A stretch of DNA of 26,397 nucleotides from Selaginella moellendorffii (Eukaryota; Plantae; Lycopodiophyta): positions 1-26,397 of the forward strand of contig NW_003314491.1 of the NCBI RefSeq assembly GCF_000143415.4, given 5' to 3'. This document shows, one piece after another, positions 23,753-26,397 of the stretch; within the stretch, counting starts at the first letter, position 1, and each line of letters starts with the position of its first letter. A model generated the notes under the pieces. That model did not search any database. It was not told the origin of the DNA and saw only the letters and a list, made by a program, of their open reading frames with translations. Made by a program: the position numbers and the translations under genes.

Positions 23753-23970
23753 GTGTGATGCAAGCGCGAGTGGACGCCGATGCACACGAGAAACCTGTAG
23801 AGAAGTGAGCGTGATCGCGAGTGGGAGTGCGATGTGAGCGGGAGCACGAGTGTGATGCGAGCGCGAGCGCGAGTGTGATGCAAGCGCGAGTGGACGCCGA
23901 TGCACACGAGAAACCTGTAGAGAAGTGAGCGTGATCGCGAGTGGGAGCGCGATGCGAGCGCGAGCGCGAG
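23753..23970. repeat. CpG-rich tandem duplication (120-bp period) upstream of the multidomain gene
   Basis: GTGTGATGCAAGCGCGAGTGGACGCCGATGCACACGAGAAACCTGTAGAGAAG... occurs at 23753 and 23873. Confidence 0.9.
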
Positions 23971-24316
23971 TACGAAGCAAAATGCAAAACCTAACCTCAC
24001 ACGCGCGAAATGTCACAACGGTTGGTAATCCCGCCACGTCATCATTCCTCGGACTTGGGCGCCACCATTAATTTCTGGATTGCCGTGCGCATGCAAGCAC
24101 GCAAAATCCAAAAGAAATCCGCAACGTCATCATTCCTCGGACTGCATGCACGCGAAATCCAAAAGAAAGATCATGATTGGGATATCATTTAATACCCTCG
24201 CTATATTTATACCATGCATGATTGGATATTCCAAAGCATCTTGTATTTCCAAAAATGGCAGATGTTCAGCTAAATAAAGAAATTCTATCTGTTTCTATTT
24301 TTCTTTCAAATCAATA

Positions 24317-25636
24317 TTATAGCGTGTGGGCTCATGCAATTTTGAACCAAAGAAACCCAAAAAACGTTGGACCCAAAATATTTTGAAAAAACCCAAAAAA
24401 CCCTAAACATTTTAAACCCAAAAATCCAGGCGTCTATTCCTTGAATGGCGTGTGGGCGCATGCCATTTTCAGGGCCAAATGCTGAATGGAGAAAAATTCC
24501 CTTTCAGTGCAAATGCTGCAAGAGGCAAATGCCGAGCACAAAGGACTGTAACTACCTCACATGACATAGATAAACTTTTCTCTATTTGGGAAAGATAAAC
24601 TTTATAGCGTGTGGGCTCATGCAATTTTGAACCCAAAAAATGCACCAAAAAATTCTCGGCGTCATCTGGCGTTATCTCTTGAATGGCGTGGGGCCGCATG
24701 CCATTTTCAGGGGCACATAGGAGTATATTCCTAGGATATTCTGACACGCGCGAGATTTTTTTGAGTTTTCTGGAGATCCAACCGTTAGATCGCAACTAGA
24801 TTTTACAGAATGGTATACAATGTCTTTCTTGATGACCCTGCAAAGAAGCATCTCGATCGGACACCACATGAGACCACACGAGCCTTACAATGTTTCAGGG
24901 GCATTTGCCATAGATCCGACCGTTATTTTGCTCCAAGATTTTACAGTTTGGTGTGCATTGACCTTTCCATCGACACTGCAAAGGGACATCACAATCAGAT
25001 GCGAGATCACAAGAAACTAACTTCACTAACTCTGGTTTCACCAAGATCTACGTAAGGAGTTATGAAATGAAAGGACCTTCTCTATTGAAATGTGTTTATG
25101 GTCCTAGGGGCATTGTGACATATCAAAGGATTTTGCATCAAGTTCTGTATTTGCATGTTTATCAAGCTACTGAATTACTAAACCCTAAACCCTAAACCCT
25201 AAACATGTGGCAAATGCTGCGTGAAGAAAGATGCCCTTTCTGGGCAAATGCTGTAAGAGGCAGATGCCGAGCAGATGTATCTCAGGCTAGCGAAGGGGAC
25301 AAACGAAAGCTAGCTATAAATATGACGGGATGCAAATAGATTACTAGGCTGGTCCTGCGAAAATCAAAAACCATAATTGAAAACATTGAAAATGCAAAAA
25401 GAAAGGTTTATAATATTTTTGAATTTTAAGCAACCAAAGGAATGTAAGTAGGGCATGTGTTTGTAAGTTTAAAAATGCCTCAACCACTTAAATTCCCAAG
25501 TAAATAAAGCTGTTTCTATTTTTGGTACAGGTAAACTTTATAGCGTGTGGGCTCATGCAATTTTGAACCCAAAAATGCACCAAAAAATGCTCGACTAGCA
25601 TTATTCTTTGAATGGCGTGTGGCCTTATATTGCCAT
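24317..25636 (+). repeat. Three dispersed copies of a module carrying two palindromes
   Basis: TTATAGCGTGTGGGCTCATGCAATTTTGAACC...TTGAATGGCGTG at about 24317-24470, 24602-24712 and 25538-25636. Confidence 0.85.
25178..25204 (+). repeat. Short interstitial plant telomeric repeat / telo-box array
   Basis: CTAAACCCTAAACCCTAAACCCTAAAC; a single AAACCCTAAA also occurs at about 24398. Confidence 0.85.
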
Positions 25637-26112
25637 AAATGGACGTATACACAGAGCATAATTATTCCTTTACACGGCGAATAATCTTGGCGCGGATCGC
25701 TGACATGGCATGGCAAAGTTCGAATCACTGACATGGCACAGCTGGATCGAGGCAAGGACATGATGTGACAAAGTTCAACCTCCGACAGCAAAGTCTAGAA
25801 GCTACTCAGTTTGAAATTTGTCAGAGGAGTCATAAGATCTGGTTTGTCAGAGGATTTGATGTGACATTCAAGCGTGTGTTATTTTTGAATTCTAGAACTC
25901 ATTCCTAAGTCTATCATTTTTGTGCGCCGTGTTCTTGGTTCCGCTGAGCGTAGTGAGCGCTGCTTGTGTAAGCGGCGTTGTGGGCTGTGGTTTATGCGTC
26001 TACGAGCGGTTGCGGCATTGCGAGCGCCATTGCGAGCGGCAGTTTATGCGAGTGGCAGTTTGTGCGAGCGGCGCTACGAGCAGTTGCAGTGTTGCGAGCG
26101 GCACTATCTTTG

Positions 26113-26218
26113 GTGTGGCTACCGCTTCCTCTTGATATTCGGCACTTGTGCTTCCTGGTATGTTCACCATGGAATGGCTTAGGACCACATTTAGAAATGG
26201 CATGAGGCCACATGCCAT
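26113..26218 (+). repeat. Direct repeat of positions 1-105
   Basis: GTGTGGCTACCGCTTCCTCTTGATATTCGGCAC...ATGCCAT; three substitutions and one 1-nt indel. Confidence 0.95.
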
Positions 26219-26397
26219 CTTGGGCCCTTGCAATTTCATGGCTAGCGTATTGTCATGTATGTTTTTACTTGCCTGCAGCTGTGTGTATATCAAGATGGCA
26301 TGAGGCCTCATGCCATCTTTGGCCCCTGCTAGCCTATTGCCATATTCCTTTTGCCTTGCTGCAACTGTATATATTTTTGTATGGGTGACTAGTCACG

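Larger units (their letters stand above)
84..26316. repeat. Dispersed 22-bp palindrome family ATGGCRTG-N6-CAYGCCAT (about 25 near-full copies)
   Basis: Starts at 84, 120, 190, 9642, 9699, 11522, 11611, 11930, 17873, 18950, 19025, 20240, 20431, 20571, 22043, 23320, 23380, 23457, 24319, 24445, 24604, 24683, 25540, 26197 and 26295; partial copies at 11115 and 25612. Perfect palindromes at 19025 and 26295. Confidence 0.95.

Noticed and set aside
23500-24037. Ala/Arg/Ser/His-rich ORFs upstream of the multidomain gene
   Set aside because: They arise from the CpG-rich 120-bp duplication and do not join the downstream exon in frame.
25178-25204. True telomere or chromosome end
   Set aside because: Fewer than four repeats, with ordinary sequence on both sides.
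84-26316. Palindromes as tyrosine-recombinase (lox/dif/attC-like) sites or MITEs
   Set aside because: No recombinase motif was recognised in the window, the cores tend to be symmetric rather than directional, and no consistent TSD flanks the copies. Not excluded absolutely.

Overview
Eukaryotic, probably land-plant, repetitive DNA. It has GT-AG introns of only 47-57 nt, plant-type CCCTAAA repeats and widespread C>T/G>A decay; such short introns suggest a compact-intron lineage such as Selaginella, but that is inference. Three layers are visible. (1) A large two-gene, transposon-like unit. On + is a DDE-type (Sola/DUF7869-like) transposase gene (294-11041), broken by an LTR-element insertion and two premature stops. 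On - is a spliced gene (23506-17929, about 1640 aa as modelled) that appears to fuse a ParB/Srx-like domain, a degenerate beta-class DNA-methyltransferase-like domain, a long acidic/repetitive linker and an FCP1/NIF-type HAD phosphatase domain. About 25 copies of a 22-bp palindrome (ATGGCRTG-N6-CAYGCCAT) are spread through this unit's introns, exons and intergenic DNA, and I found none in the retroelement-derived DNA. The window start recurs at 26113, suggesting a second copy follows. (2) A young, non-autonomous Ty3/gypsy-like LTR element (664-8264) with about 1.7-kb LTRs containing minisatellites, a tRNA-iMet PBS, a PPT and a 5-bp TSD. (3) An AT-rich block (about 12100-17500) with an old, inverted, decayed copy of the same LTR family, itself interrupted by a 1.65-kb insertion. 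The best candidate novel system is a ParB-like multidomain protein plus many parS-like palindromes on a large eukaryotic mobile element. All domain calls are by motif recognition, not database search.
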